A stretch of 64,000 nt of DNA from a virus, in the IMG/VR virus record IMGVR_UViG_3300046694_000315, positions 32,001-96,000 of that record. One strand, written 5' to 3'. Below, piece by piece: positions 9,304 to 18,770 of the stretch. The position numbers and the translations under genes were made by a program. The notes below the pieces were generated by a model. It searched no databases, was not told where the DNA came from, and saw only the letters and a program-made list of their open reading frames with translations. Each line of letters opens with the position of its first letter. The stretch's first letter is position 1.

Positions 9304-9794
9304 TTCTCCCCCTCGCGCAGGTGCTCCGGCAGTTCCAGGCTCCAGCCCAACACGTCCGGGTGCAGCATGCGGGCCGCCTCCGTGAACACCGCACGGCTGG
9401 TCGTCCCACCCTTGGGGGCCGGGGCCTTCGGCGCACGGTCCGCGTTCTTCTGCATGAGTTCGGCGTCCACCCGGGCCTGGTCCCTGCGGGTGTCCGCGAC
9501 GACCGAGTCCAGCAGCCGGATCATCTCGGCCGCCGTGTCCTCGGGATGCCCCACCCGGATCCGCTGCACCAGCATCTCGTAGTCGTTCATCTTCGTCTCC
9601 CCCTCCAGGAGTGCGCGGACCCGCTCAGCCAGCAGCTTGTCCTGCTCCGCCGCAGGCGCCTTGATGTCGTAGCCCGATCCCGGGCACTCGCCGAATCCCT
9701 CGTACTGGTGCTTGCGCAGCACCGACTTCTTAGGACCAACGAGCAGTGGCCGTTCCTGACACAGGTAGTACGGGCATGGCCAGCGCTCCTTCAC
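9300..9794 (-). CDS. Hypothetical protein with N-terminal Zn-binding-like motif
   Basis: CPYYLC...RKH...CPGSG. Confidence 0.6.
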   Translation of the reverse strand: MKERWPCPYYLCQERPLLVGPKKSVLRKHQYEGFGECPGSGYDIKAPAAEQDKLLAERVRALLEGETKMNDYEMLVQRIRVGHPEDTAAEMIRLLDSVVADTRRDQARVDAELMQKNADRAPKAPAPKGGTTSRAVFTEAARMLHPDVLGWSLELPEHLREGEK

Positions 9795-10174
9795 TTGATC
9801 TCCCCGCGCTCGGCCCGCTCCATCACGTCGAGCAGCGCCTCCAGGACCGCGATCGGCTTCGGCCCGCCGCGCCACACCTCAATACCGTGACGCCGCAGTG
9901 CCTCCTCCAGGGACTCGCGGGACTTCTCGGCCTCGTACGCCTCGCGGGTCATCACCTGGGTGTGGCCGTAGTTGTCGGCGCGCATCCCGTTCTCGATCCG
10001 GTACGTCAGCGTCTTGCCTTCGGGGCTACGCTCGCTCAGCGGGATGTGCAACAGCGTGCGGCCGACCTTCACGACGGTCACCTCCTCGGGCGTCTGCTCC
10101 TTCTCGCGGGCGCCTCCCATCCGCGTCAGCAGCAGCAGCGTGTCCCCGACCTTCACACCCTCAAGACCCGGCAT
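9791..10174 (-). CDS. Hypothetical protein
   Basis: GGGGAG RBS; VTVVKVGRT beta-barrel-like pattern. Confidence 0.7.
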   Translation of the reverse strand: MPGLEGVKVGDTLLLLTRMGGAREKEQTPEEVTVVKVGRTLLHIPLSERSPEGKTLTYRIENGMRADNYGHTQVMTREAYEAEKSRESLEEALRRHGIEVWRGGPKPIAVLEALLDVMERAERGEIK

Positions 10175-10210
10175 CTCAACTCCCCTTCCGTCGTTCTCAA
10201 TTACGGGATA

Positions 10211-10239
10211 AGACTATGCGCTACCCGACCCCATGTCAA
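10211..10239 (-). promoter_or_regulatory. HrdB-type promoter
   Basis: TTGACA-N17-TAGTCT. Confidence 0.7.
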
Positions 10240-10297
10240 GCACTTTCATACACTCGCTTGCGTGGCAGGAACCGCTGGTTCCGCTTACTCTCAAATC

Positions 10298-10510
10298 ATG
10301 CCGAACCTGCGCGACGCCCTGATGTGGCGTACTACCCGAGCCGCTGCGCTCGCCGAAGCCAAGAAGCTGAAGGCCTCCGCCCGCCGCATGGGCTACGACG
10401 TCGTGGTGCGCAGCACCCTCCGCAGGCTGGGTCCGGACTACACCTTCAAGGGCCCGCCCTACGGCCTGTTCCTCGAACCCCACAGCACCCCGGACTCCTC
10501 GGACTCCTGA
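10298..10510 (+). CDS. Small basic protein, possibly leaderless, divergent from the minus-strand operon
   Basis: TACTCT -10-like hexamer 6 nt before ATG; strong GC3 codon bias. Confidence 0.55.
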   Translation: MPNLRDALMWRTTRAAALAEAKKLKASARRMGYDVVVRSTLRRLGPDYTFKGPPYGLFLEPHSTPDSSDS

Positions 10511-10514
10511 TCCG

Positions 10515-10655
10515 TCAATCCCCGGGGGTCTCGACCGTCCGCTCGACCAGCGTCTGCTCGTACTCCGGCGGCAGCTCCCCGTGCTCCTCGTAGTACCTCC
10601 GCAGCTTCTCGATGCTCTCGTCCGTCACGCCGTTCGGACCGTGCTCAATCTCCAT
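10515..10655 (-). CDS. Small hypothetical protein
   Basis: AGGGAGG RBS; MEIEHGPNG... Confidence 0.55.
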   Translation of the reverse strand: MEIEHGPNGVTDESIEKLRRYYEEHGELPPEYEQTLVERTVETPGD

Positions 10656-11291
10656 GCCGACCTCCCTTGAGTCGGTCAATCCTCCCACTCCCCCCGTGCC
10701 CCAATTCCCCAATTCCCCGAATCCCCCGGCCACTGTGACACTGTCCGGTTCCTACATTCGGTGCGCTGCGCGGCTGTCCGGGCCCCCTAGGTCTGGAATT
10801 TATGCGTTTAAGGGTAGGGGGGTGCATATTTATTCATTTGCCAGCACACTTGACAGCCCTTTGTCAACTCGGACACATGGGGCACACCCTAGGCATCGCG
10901 CTTCTGACCAGTATCTGCACCCTTCACCCCTGGAGTGAGGTACGTCACAATGGGGCGCAGCGTGGCCCTATGCACACGGCCGGGCATCTGTCAATAGGCA
11001 GTTTCTATGCATGCCTATTCAGCGTTATTCATGCGCGGCCACTGCCCTATTCACCGAATTGCGCCCCTGTTTATATGTCCCGAGATATGGAGAGCGGGGC
11101 GCGGCTGTAGCAACTCGACAACCAGGGGGCCGGAGAGTTTCACGGCATTGGGTGTGCGGTCGCATGGTGTGAGGTCGCATGGTGTGAGGGGTTGACGTAG
11201 CTGTGTCTCATGTGCAGTAGCCAGCAGTGGGGAGCCTTCCCCCGGCCCCGGATCCCTCGCCTGTTGTCGGCGGCGGGCGCATGCTGGAGGG

Positions 11292-11618
11292 GTGAGCATC
11301 GGCATGTCGTGGGGCGCGCTAGAGCACGGGCAGGCGTGGGGAGAGTTCCCGGACGTTGAACACTGCGCGCGGGCGCTGAACAGCTCTCTACGGCGCACGC
11401 TGGGCAGGATGCCGCCAGGGTGGCGGGGGTGCTACCTCAAACACTCGGTGCACTCCCTGCGCGTCGCCATGTGCACGGAGGGACTGCACGCGGTGGCGCA
11501 CGGGCGTGCGTGGCGGGGGGAGGCTGGCGGGGTCTGGGTGCGCCTGTATCCACGTGGTGGAGGCAAACACGAGAAACCCCCCACCGGCCCGGTATTGGGT
11601 CGGTGGGGGGCTGCGTAG
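11292..11618 (+). CDS. Hypothetical protein
   Basis: GGAGG upstream; ends at hairpin 11577-11610. Confidence 0.4.
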   Translation: MSIGMSWGALEHGQAWGEFPDVEHCARALNSSLRRTLGRMPPGWRGCYLKHSVHSLRVAMCTEGLHAVAHGRAWRGEAGGVWVRLYPRGGGKHEKPPTGPVLGRWGAA

Positions 11619-11636
11619 GGCCCTGGTGGGGTTAGC

Positions 11637-12047
11637 TCAGAAGCCGGAGCCGGGGACGCGCTTACGGGCCAGGTCGACGAACGCGCGCACGGCGTCCCGG
11701 TCGGCCACGTCGGGGGTGTCGACGTCCCACACGAGCGCGTACCGCTTGACCTCCCACGCGAGCGCGGACGTGACGTAGGGGTACGTGGTGCCGGTGGCCT
11801 CCCACTCCTCCAGGAGCGCGGAGCGGGCGGTGTGGGGGTTCATGACGGGGCAGTCCATGACCGTGTGCGAGTCGGTGACGCTCCGCGCGGAGGGGGCGGG
11901 CGTCTCCACCTTGGGGCGGCGGTCGGCGGGCTCACCCTGGGCGACGGGGAAGGCTGCGCCAGCACGGCCGACGGTGACGCGGGCGGGGTCGGCGAACCGG
12001 GCGCGCTGCGTGCGGTAGGCCTTGACGGAGTGGCGGGCGGTGCTCAT
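11637..12047 (-). CDS. Hypothetical early protein
   Basis: Preceded by a variant of the conserved leader plus AGGAGG. Confidence 0.7.
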   Translation of the reverse strand: MSTARHSVKAYRTQRARFADPARVTVGRAGAAFPVAQGEPADRRPKVETPAPSARSVTDSHTVMDCPVMNPHTARSALLEEWEATGTTYPYVTSALAWEVKRYALVWDVDTPDVADRDAVRAFVDLARKRVPGSGF

Positions 12048-12086
12048 TCGGGGTGCCTCCTGATGCGGTGCGGCTGGTGTGGTCGG

Positions 12087-12419
12087 TCAGTGCTGCGGGC
12101 GGCGGATCATGGTTTCCTGTGTGCCGTAGTCGCGGGTGCGGCCCTTGTTGGGCGCGAATCCGAACCGGCCGTAGAAGCGGCGCAGGCGGGCCACGCTGCC
12201 GCCAAAATCGGCGCTGGGCGTAGTGGCCAGGGGCAGGCCGTGCGCGTCGGCGTAGGCGGCCAGCGTGGCCATAACGGCGGAGCCGGTGCCGTCGTTGCGC
12301 TCACCCTTGGGGACGACCAGCCGGGACAGGATCACGAACCCGGCCGCGTTGGTCTCCAGGGAGACGCGGACGCCGGGGAAGGTGTCGGCGATGTGCTGGG
12401 CGAGGGTGTCGACGCTCAC
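12087..12419 (-). CDS. GNAT-family acetyltransferase
   Basis: LVVPKGERNDGTGSAVM (motif A) and RLRRFYGRFGF (motif B). Confidence 0.7.
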   Translation of the reverse strand: MSVDTLAQHIADTFPGVRVSLETNAAGFVILSRLVVPKGERNDGTGSAVMATLAAYADAHGLPLATTPSADFGGSVARLRRFYGRFGFAPNKGRTRDYGTQETMIRRPQH

Positions 12420-12426
12420 GGGGGTT

Positions 12427-12458
12427 GCCTCCTGGTGTGGGGCGGTTGGTGTGTGGTG
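12427..12458 (-). repeat. Conserved leader/RBS element ACACACCAACCGCCCCACACCAGGAGGC (representative copy)
   Basis: Near-identical or variant copies at about 12055, 12427, 13461, 13809, 16695, 17760, 18739, 21462, 23063, 24023, each just before a start codon. Confidence 0.85.
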
Positions 12459-12463
12459 GGGGG

Positions 12464-12637
12464 TTAGGCGGACGGCGGAATGATCAGCTTCGCGTCGGTG
12501 ACGGGGATCAGGCACTCGGGGTAGAACGGCTGGTCGTCGCGGGTGACGTCGAGCAGGCGCAGGAACGGGCCCTCCACCTTGATTTCGGCCGCGTTCAGCC
12601 ATCCCCAGTTGCCGGAATTGATCTTGTAAGCGTTCAT
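12464..12637 (-). CDS. Small hypothetical protein
   Basis: CAGGAGG RBS; MNAYKIN... Confidence 0.65.
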   Translation of the reverse strand: MNAYKINSGNWGWLNAAEIKVEGPFLRLLDVTRDDQPFYPECLIPVTDAKLIIPPSA

Positions 12638-12711
12638 GGTGTTGCCCTCCTGGGCGGTGTGGTGGAGGGGGCCGGAGCGTTCCCCCGGCCCCCGGGGATG
12701 TGGGGCGGGTG

Positions 12712-13455
12712 CTACTCGGCGAGGCCCTGCGCGGCGTGCATGGCGGCGGCCTGCTTGAGCGTGGCGCGGTACTCGGCGAGCGTGGCCGGGCGGACCGCTT
12801 CGAAGTCGCGGGCCCACTTCGGGAGGACTGCAACCTTCTGGTCCTGGAAGACTCCACCGGCCGCGATCATCGCGTGATTCTGGCCGCGCGTCTCCGTGGC
12901 CAGCGCCTTACGGGCGAGGGGGGAGAACATCAGGGAGTGCTTGCGGTAGGCCGCTTCCTCCCCGTGGCGGTCGACGCCGCGACCGGTGCCCGCGTGGCCG
13001 AAGACGTCGTGCACGGCGCGGAACATGTCGTTCACGTCGTCGGAGAAGAAGAAGTGCGAGCCGGTAACGGCGGTGGACAGGACGCGCATTCGACCGGCGG
13101 CGACGTCGTCGAAGAACGCGCGGGTTCCCTGGGCGCTCATGTCGTAGGGGTCGGCGTCCTCGACGCTCACGGAGATGCCCAGACCGCCGCGCGACGCGGG
13201 GGCCGTCATGAACTCGAACTGTCGGGCGACTTCCTGGGCCATGGCACGCCACGCGGCCGGGGCGGTGTTGTCGATGAACGGGAGAGCGTTGTACGCCTCC
13301 GCGACCTTGGCGACGGCCGACGGGGCGACCACAACGCGGGAGTAGTCCCAGTGGTCGCGGGTGGTGAGGCCGTGGCGGGCGTTGAAGCGGCGCGCACCTT
13401 CGGCGACGGCGACGACGGGGCGGAGGGACAGGGCGGGGATGTTGGCGGTGCGCAT
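12712..13455 (-). CDS. Conserved phage protein, putative zincin-like metal-binding domain
   Basis: NDMFRAVHDVFGH...GEEAAY...ETRGQN. Confidence 0.7.
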   Translation of the reverse strand: MRTANIPALSLRPVVAVAEGARRFNARHGLTTRDHWDYSRVVVAPSAVAKVAEAYNALPFIDNTAPAAWRAMAQEVARQFEFMTAPASRGGLGISVSVEDADPYDMSAQGTRAFFDDVAAGRMRVLSTAVTGSHFFFSDDVNDMFRAVHDVFGHAGTGRGVDRHGEEAAYRKHSLMFSPLARKALATETRGQNHAMIAAGGVFQDQKVAVLPKWARDFEAVRPATLAEYRATLKQAAAMHAAQGLAE

Positions 13456-13500
13456 TGGGGGCCTCCTGGTGTGGGGCGGTTGGTGTGTTGTTGTGTGGCC

Positions 13501-13528
13501 AACGTACCCCGGGGTTACGGCTTGTAAA
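13501..13528 (-). promoter_or_regulatory. HrdB-type promoter
   Basis: TTTACA-N16-TACGTT. Confidence 0.5.
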
Positions 13529-13619
13529 GCCAGTTTCCGGGATTGCTGGACAAGTCTTTATAAAGATGTGACCTAGGGCCCTCCCCCGGCCCGCGTGGGC
13601 CGAGGGGGTGCCAGGCGGG

Positions 13620-13802
13620 CTAGAGGGTGCCGAACGACCGCACGGCCAGCACGTCCACGCCACGGGCGGCGTAGGCGGCACGTAGGGCCGTCTCGGCGTC
13701 GGCCAGGGTGGCGGCCCGCACGTTGCGGACGCTGGCCAGCGGGCGGGGTGTGGTGCTGCCCGGCCGGAGGGGGAAGAGCACTTGCAGCGCGTACGTGTGC
13801 AC
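13620..13802 (-). CDS. Small hypothetical protein
   Basis: Conserved leader plus AGGAGG. Confidence 0.6.
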   Translation of the reverse strand: MHTYALQVLFPLRPGSTTPRPLASVRNVRAATLADAETALRAAYAARGVDVLAVRSFGTL

Positions 13803-13834
13803 GGCGCGGCCTCCTGGTGTGGGGCGGGTGCTGG

Positions 13835-14812
13835 CTAGCGGGCGGTGGAGACGTTGCGGAAGTGGGGAACGGCGCGGGCGTCGGCCAGGAAGCAGGCGAC
13901 GCGGGCGGGGTCGCCGTTGGGCACGTGGGCGTAGTTGATGCGCTCCCCGCTCTCCGTGGTCGCCCAGACGGTGACGGGGGCCGGGGCGGCCTCCTGGGGG
14001 GCCTCCTGGGCCTCCTGGGCCTCCTTGGCGAAGCGGCCGACGGCGTGGACGACGGTGTGAACGTCGGTCCAGTTGCGGCCGACCGTGTCGAAGTGCTCCG
14101 GGGTGCGGTCGATGCGGATCACCTCACCGGCCCCGACCGTGTCGACGATGCCCCGGCAGTACTGCTCGGCGGAGCCGTTCGTGCGGCGGAACTCCGCATC
14201 GGCGTACGGGCCCACGACGTGCCCGGCGTGGTTGCGGTAGCTCCAGAGAGTGCGGTACTCGGCGGCCCACACGTACCCGGTCACGTACTGACGCACGAAC
14301 GCGAGAAGGTCGGCGCTGCCTTCAATGCCAGCGGGCATGTCCCCGTCGTAAATCGTCTCGGTGCCAAGGAAGACGTACAGGTCACGCCCGCCGTTCTCCA
14401 CGATGGCGGAGACGCGGCGGCCGTCCCGGTACATCGGGTGCGCCGTGGCCAGCGAGCGTGCGCCTTCCTCGTTCGGGTAGTACGTGGCGTCATCCGGGCG
14501 GGCCTGCTCCTCGGCGGCGAGGGCGTCCTCCTCGGCCGCAGCCGCAACGATGCTCGCGACGGTGTCCAGTCGGGGCAGGTAGTCCGGCAGGTCGGTGATA
14601 GCGCGGACGGTGTACCCGGCGCGGGTGAGCACGTGCTGTCCTTCGATCTCCTCGGCCAGGCCCAGGCGGACCAGGGACGCGACGGTGTTCGTGCGGGCGC
14701 TGATGACCATGTGACCGCGCAGGGCGTCCGTGGGGCGCAGCAGCTCTTCCGGCAGCTCTTCCGCGTTGCGGAGGGCGATGGCCTGCGGGCGGGTGATCGT
14801 CTTGTTGTTCAT
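13835..14812 (-). CDS. Hypothetical protein
   Basis: AAGGAG RBS, own promoter. Confidence 0.75.
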   Translation of the reverse strand: MNNKTITRPQAIALRNAEELPEELLRPTDALRGHMVISARTNTVASLVRLGLAEEIEGQHVLTRAGYTVRAITDLPDYLPRLDTVASIVAAAAEEDALAAEEQARPDDATYYPNEEGARSLATAHPMYRDGRRVSAIVENGGRDLYVFLGTETIYDGDMPAGIEGSADLLAFVRQYVTGYVWAAEYRTLWSYRNHAGHVVGPYADAEFRRTNGSAEQYCRGIVDTVGAGEVIRIDRTPEHFDTVGRNWTDVHTVVHAVGRFAKEAQEAQEAPQEAAPAPVTVWATTESGERINYAHVPNGDPARVACFLADARAVPHFRNVSTAR

Positions 14813-14850
14813 GTCGTGCGCTCCTTCGTGCGGGTGTGTTGGGAGGGCTG

Positions 14851-14879
14851 ATCTTTCCGAAGGGGGGAACCCTTGTCAA
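14851..14879 (-). promoter_or_regulatory. HrdB-type promoter
   Basis: TTGACA-N17-AAAGAT. Confidence 0.5.
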
Positions 14880-14959
14880 GCCCTTTCGGCACAACGATTT
14901 ACAAGACGTTATGAAGCTGTGACCGGCGGCCGGGGCAGGCCGTGTTCCCATGGATGCCG

Positions 14960-15008
14960 AAGGGCCCCCACCGGCCAGCGGTACGCGGTGGGGGCCTTTT
15001 GCATGCCC
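14960..15008. terminator. Terminator hairpin (copy 1 of duplicated element)
   Basis: GGCCCCCACCG...CGGTGGGGGCCTTTTGCATGCCC. Confidence 0.75.
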
Positions 15009-15012
15009 GAGG

Positions 15013-16689
15013 TCAGACGGTGGGCGCGGGGGCGTCACGGCCGACGGCCAGCAGCAGACCGCCCCAACGGGCGGCACCGATGCCGTCGTTGTCCAGCCAG
15101 TCGGCACCCTCGGCGTAGGCCGTGCCGAGCAGGTCGTAGGAGTCGGCCAGGGTCATGCGCTCGACATCGTCACCGAGGCGCACCCACGCGTACTTGGAAT
15201 CCATCACCGCGCGGAACCGGCTTTCCTCCTCGGCGTTCTCCGCCATGAGCCGGACGATTCCGACCGCTCCACCGTCGAAGTACTCCAGCGGATTCCGGCC
15301 GTCGTTGCGGCTGTTGTCCGCCGCAGAATCCGACTCGCTGTTCTGCGGGGCCTCCTCGGCGATTTCCGGGGCAATCTCCTCGACGACGGGCGCGGGGGCC
15401 GGGGTCTCCTCGACGGGGGCCGGGGCGGGCGTCTCCGCCTTCTTGCGGGGGGTGCGCGGCTTCTTGGCCGGGTCGATCTCGTAGGCCTTGGGCTCCGGCA
15501 CGGCGGTCTCAACCAGGGTGCAGCGGGTGAGGACGGTGGCCTTGATGCCCTTGTACTCGTCGTGCTCCTTGACCGTGCCACGGAAGGTGACGCGCACGCC
15601 CGTGTTCTCGCCGAGGGCGTTGTTGGACGCGAACCACTTCACGATGACGCCGGACAGTTCGTCGCGGACCTGGTAGATGGTGGTCGCGCCGTACAGGCCG
15701 TCGGTGTAGCGGATGGACTCGATCATGCCGGTGAAGGTGATCCGGGAGCCCTTGATGCCCTTGGCCTTGTCGGGCACGGTGCCGATCCACTCGGAGGGCT
15801 TCTCGTTGCGCGCCTTACGGATCAGGGTCTGCTCGTTGAAGCGGGCCCAGGCCTGCGGAGCGCTCACGAGGATGCCGAAGTTGCGCGAGGAGACGCGCTT
15901 GCCGCCAGCGATGGCCTTCAGGTTGAGGACGTACTCAGACGTGCCGCTGAAGTCGTCGGAGAGGATGAACGCGCGGATCTCGGCGGCCTTGCCCTTGGCC
16001 TCGGCAGCGAGCGGGCGCATGGCGTCGGCGAACTCCTTGTCGCGGCGGGCCTTGCCGGGGTTGATGGCGTTGCGCACGAGCGTCACGGTGGGGGTGGCGT
16101 GGTAGTCCTGGGAGCGGACGAAGCCGAAGGCCTTGACGCACGCCCAGGCGTAGGCGAGGACGGTCTCGGTGGACACGTCGCGGTCGCCTCCGCCGAAGCC
16201 GAAGAACTCCTTCTCCTCGTCGTCGTCGGCGGGGGTGGAGGGCCACGAGATGCCGGTATCCCAGCCGAGGAAGTCCTTGATGCACTGGCGGCCGATCTGC
16301 TTCTCCTCGCCGGTCTCCTCGTTCTTGACGAGGAAGGTCTCGCGGCGCATGCGCTTCTTCTGGCAGTGGTCGCACCAGCCCTCGCGCAGGCCGTCGCGGT
16401 CGACGGAGTGGACGCCGGGCGCGGTGCGTACGATCAGGCCCGCGTTCTCGTCCCAGTCCAGGGTGGCGAGGAAGGTCCAGCCGTTGTGCTTGGGGGCCTC
16501 GCCCGTGAACTCGACGTCGTACATGATCTCGACGACCTCGAAGCCCATGTCGTCCTTGCTCTTGACCTCGACCTCGGTGACCTTCAGGTCCAGGCGGCCG
16601 GTCAGTCCCTTCTTCGACGCGCGGGCGTTGATCTTCTCGATCTTCTCCAGCGTGTTGGTGAGCTGGAAGTGGTCGATGCGAGCAGTCAC
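15013..16689 (-). CDS. Large hypothetical protein (CxxC/C Zn site, OB-fold-like region)
   Basis: CDHC..RRET..GRQC; GTVKEHDEYKGIKATVLTRC. Confidence 0.8.
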   Translation of the reverse strand: MTARIDHFQLTNTLEKIEKINARASKKGLTGRLDLKVTEVEVKSKDDMGFEVVEIMYDVEFTGEAPKHNGWTFLATLDWDENAGLIVRTAPGVHSVDRDGLREGWCDHCQKKRMRRETFLVKNEETGEEKQIGRQCIKDFLGWDTGISWPSTPADDDEEKEFFGFGGGDRDVSTETVLAYAWACVKAFGFVRSQDYHATPTVTLVRNAINPGKARRDKEFADAMRPLAAEAKGKAAEIRAFILSDDFSGTSEYVLNLKAIAGGKRVSSRNFGILVSAPQAWARFNEQTLIRKARNEKPSEWIGTVPDKAKGIKGSRITFTGMIESIRYTDGLYGATTIYQVRDELSGVIVKWFASNNALGENTGVRVTFRGTVKEHDEYKGIKATVLTRCTLVETAVPEPKAYEIDPAKKPRTPRKKAETPAPAPVEETPAPAPVVEEIAPEIAEEAPQNSESDSAADNSRNDGRNPLEYFDGGAVGIVRLMAENAEEESRFRAVMDSKYAWVRLGDDVERMTLADSYDLLGTAYAEGADWLDNDGIGAARWGGLLLAVGRDAPAPTV

Positions 16690-16728
16690 GGGGGGCCTCC
16701 TGTTGCGGGGCGGTTGTTGACGGGCACG

Positions 16729-16757
16729 ACGTTACGGGTACGCATACCGCTTGTCAA
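16729..16757 (-). promoter_or_regulatory. HrdB-type promoter
   Basis: TTGACA-N17-TAACGT. Confidence 0.75.
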
Positions 16758-16801
16758 CCGCTTCCGCTCAACGGCTTTCCATGCTTCTATTTGCGGACAC
16801 G

Positions 16802-16850
16802 AAAGGCCCCCACCGGCCAGCTCGACACGGTGGGGGCCTTTTGCATGCCC
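16802..16850. terminator. Terminator hairpin (copy 2)
   Basis: Near-identical to 14960-15008. Confidence 0.75.
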
Positions 16851-16855
16851 GGGGA

Positions 16856-17347
16856 CTACTCGACCCGATACAGCGACCCGCTGATGTTGCGGCGCACGAG
16901 GCGTTGCAGGTGACGCCAGCCGGTGATCCTGTCCTGCGGGGCAGGGACGGCGTGGGCGGCCTCCCACACCGTCTGAGTGCGCCGGGCCAGCGCGGACCAC
17001 TGGTTTGCGTCGATCAGCGGAGCGCAGTCCGGGCAGGCGGCCCAGTCATCCTTGTAGGCCTGCATCCGACCGGTCCTCGGGTCGATCCCGGCGAGAAATT
17101 CCGACACGGGCAGGAACCAGATTTCCGTCTCCAGATCCGTGTTGCAGAAGTCGCAGCGGCCCAGCAGTTTTCCGGTTTTCGCGTTGACCGGAACCGCCTT
17201 ATGGCCCACCAGCGAATCCTGCGCGAAGTGCTCCCAGGATTCCGATCCGTCCTTGGCCTTGATGAACGCCAGCGCCCGGTGGCAGATCTTGCAGACCATG
17301 CTCTCGTCGGGCGCGGTGTCCAGCATCCGCCGCTCTTCCTCGGTCAC
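16856..17347 (-). CDS. Zn-finger hypothetical protein
   Basis: CKIC, CDFC, CPDC. Confidence 0.65.
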   Translation of the reverse strand: MTEEERRMLDTAPDESMVCKICHRALAFIKAKDGSESWEHFAQDSLVGHKAVPVNAKTGKLLGRCDFCNTDLETEIWFLPVSEFLAGIDPRTGRMQAYKDDWAACPDCAPLIDANQWSALARRTQTVWEAAHAVPAPQDRITGWRHLQRLVRRNISGSLYRVE

Positions 17348-17751
17348 CGGGTGATCTCCTGGCCCGGCTTGAGGATGCGGAACTGGGTGCCGTCCTCGGC
17401 CATCAGCTCCTCGCCGTTCTCCATGTCGGTGATGTGCGCGGCCAGCTCGCCGTAGCGGAAGTCCCGGCGCTGCATCTCGTTGGTGAGGGCGCCCCAGGCG
17501 GCGTCGTGGCCGCTCTTCTCCGAGGTGCCCACCGTGCGCCATCCGGCGCCCTCGTGGTTGTCCTTGATCTGGGCCCAGTGCACCGGGGCGGTGCTCGGCG
17601 CGTTGTCGAGGTACCAGCTCCTGGCGTCCTGGAACAGCTTGGTCGTGAAGTCGGAGCTGTCCAGCGTCGGGAACTTCTCGCGGTGGCCGTCGATCAGCAG
17701 GGCGGAGACCTGCGCGAGGGTGAGGCTGATGTCGAACGTCGGCTCGCTCAT
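17344..17751 (-). CDS. Hypothetical protein
   Basis: AAGGAG RBS after promoter. Confidence 0.7.
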   Translation of the reverse strand: MSEPTFDISLTLAQVSALLIDGHREKFPTLDSSDFTTKLFQDARSWYLDNAPSTAPVHWAQIKDNHEGAGWRTVGTSEKSGHDAAWGALTNEMQRRDFRYGELAAHITDMENGEELMAEDGTQFRILKPGQEITR

Positions 17752-17793
17752 CGTTCGCTCCTTGTTAGGGCGGGGTGGTTGGTGACGAGGACG

Positions 17794-17822
17794 AACCTAG
17801 TCACTGCAATACGCATTGTCAA
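17794..17822 (-). promoter_or_regulatory. HrdB-type promoter
   Basis: TTGACA-N17-TAGGTT. Confidence 0.75.
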
Positions 17823-17836
17823 GCGATCTCGTAAAA

Positions 17837-18055
17837 CTACTTGTCAGCGGTGTACTTCCGGCGCACGATTCGGACCGGGGGCTTCTGCACGACCATGACG
17901 TCCTGGCCGGGCTTGACGGCGACGGTCTCGACGTCCGTGGCACCGTCGGCCCGGAGCTGGTCGACGCGGTGCTGGGCGCTGGCCTTGTCGTAGCCGCATA
18001 CGGACACATGCCGTACGCCCGTGGTGTCGGTCCACAGGACCTTGATGTTGATCAC
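17837..18055 (-). CDS. Hypothetical protein
   Basis: AGGAG RBS. Confidence 0.6.
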   Translation of the reverse strand: MINIKVLWTDTTGVRHVSVCGYDKASAQHRVDQLRADGATDVETVAVKPGQDVMVVQKPPVRIVRRKYTADK

Positions 18056-18070
18056 GGAGTGCTCTCCTGC

Positions 18071-18475
18071 TCAAGTGGTCTTGGACCAGCGGGTGTTCGA
18101 GTAGCGCTGGTACTCCTCGGGGGTCAGCCGCTCCTCGATGCGGTTGTATCCCTTGGTGCCCACCTGGGTGAAGTCGATGACCCACTCCAGGCCCTCGCGG
18201 ATCAATTTCTCGCGGGTGGACACACCTCTGATGATCAGGCTGTTGGCCGTCCGGTGCCCGAGCGCGTCGTGGCCGAGGAGGTCGTGCAGCTCGGTGCCAG
18301 CGCACGAGGAACAACCGGCGTCGGACACGTACTGCTGCTCGGCCATCTGCTCGCGGATGCGCGGGGCGAGGAAGTCGAACCACATGTGGGCTTGCGCTTT
18401 GGCCTTGGGCCTGCTCCAGCCGTGCGCAACCATGTACGCGCGCAGCTCCTCGACGATCTCAGCGTCGGTGGCCAT
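18071..18475 (-). CDS. Protein with RNA polymerase alpha-CTD-like domain
   Basis: LGHRTANSLIIRGVSTREKL...QVGTKGYNRIEERL resembles the alphaCTD pattern L-x-x-R-x-x-N-x-L...G-x-x-T...G-x-K. Confidence 0.55.
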   Translation of the reverse strand: MATDAEIVEELRAYMVAHGWSRPKAKAQAHMWFDFLAPRIREQMAEQQYVSDAGCSSCAGTELHDLLGHDALGHRTANSLIIRGVSTREKLIREGLEWVIDFTQVGTKGYNRIEERLTPEEYQRYSNTRWSKTT

Positions 18476-18488
18476 GATGTGCTCCTGC

Positions 18489-18731
18489 TCAGACAAGGGT
18501 GGTGGCGTTGGCGACGTGCGGGCAGCCCTGCGCAATGTAGTCCTGCCAACTGACAATGTTGTTCCGCGTGGCCTGGATGCGGGTCATGAACAGCCGCTGC
18601 TTGCGGGCGGTCTTCTCTCCGCGCCAGCGGCGCTCCAGGGCGGCCAGTTCGCATGTGCGCTGGGAGATCAGCTTGTCCGCTGCCTTCTGCCGGTCGGCGA
18701 GGCGGTGGGAACGGAACGGGCTGGTGGCCAT
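18489..18731 (-). CDS. Hypothetical protein
   Basis: Leader plus AGGAGG. Confidence 0.6.
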   Translation of the reverse strand: MATSPFRSHRLADRQKAADKLISQRTCELAALERRWRGEKTARKQRLFMTRIQATRNNIVSWQDYIAQGCPHVANATTLV

Positions 18732-18770
18732 CTGCGGCGCCTCCTGGTGTGGGGTGCTCTTGCAGGAGAA

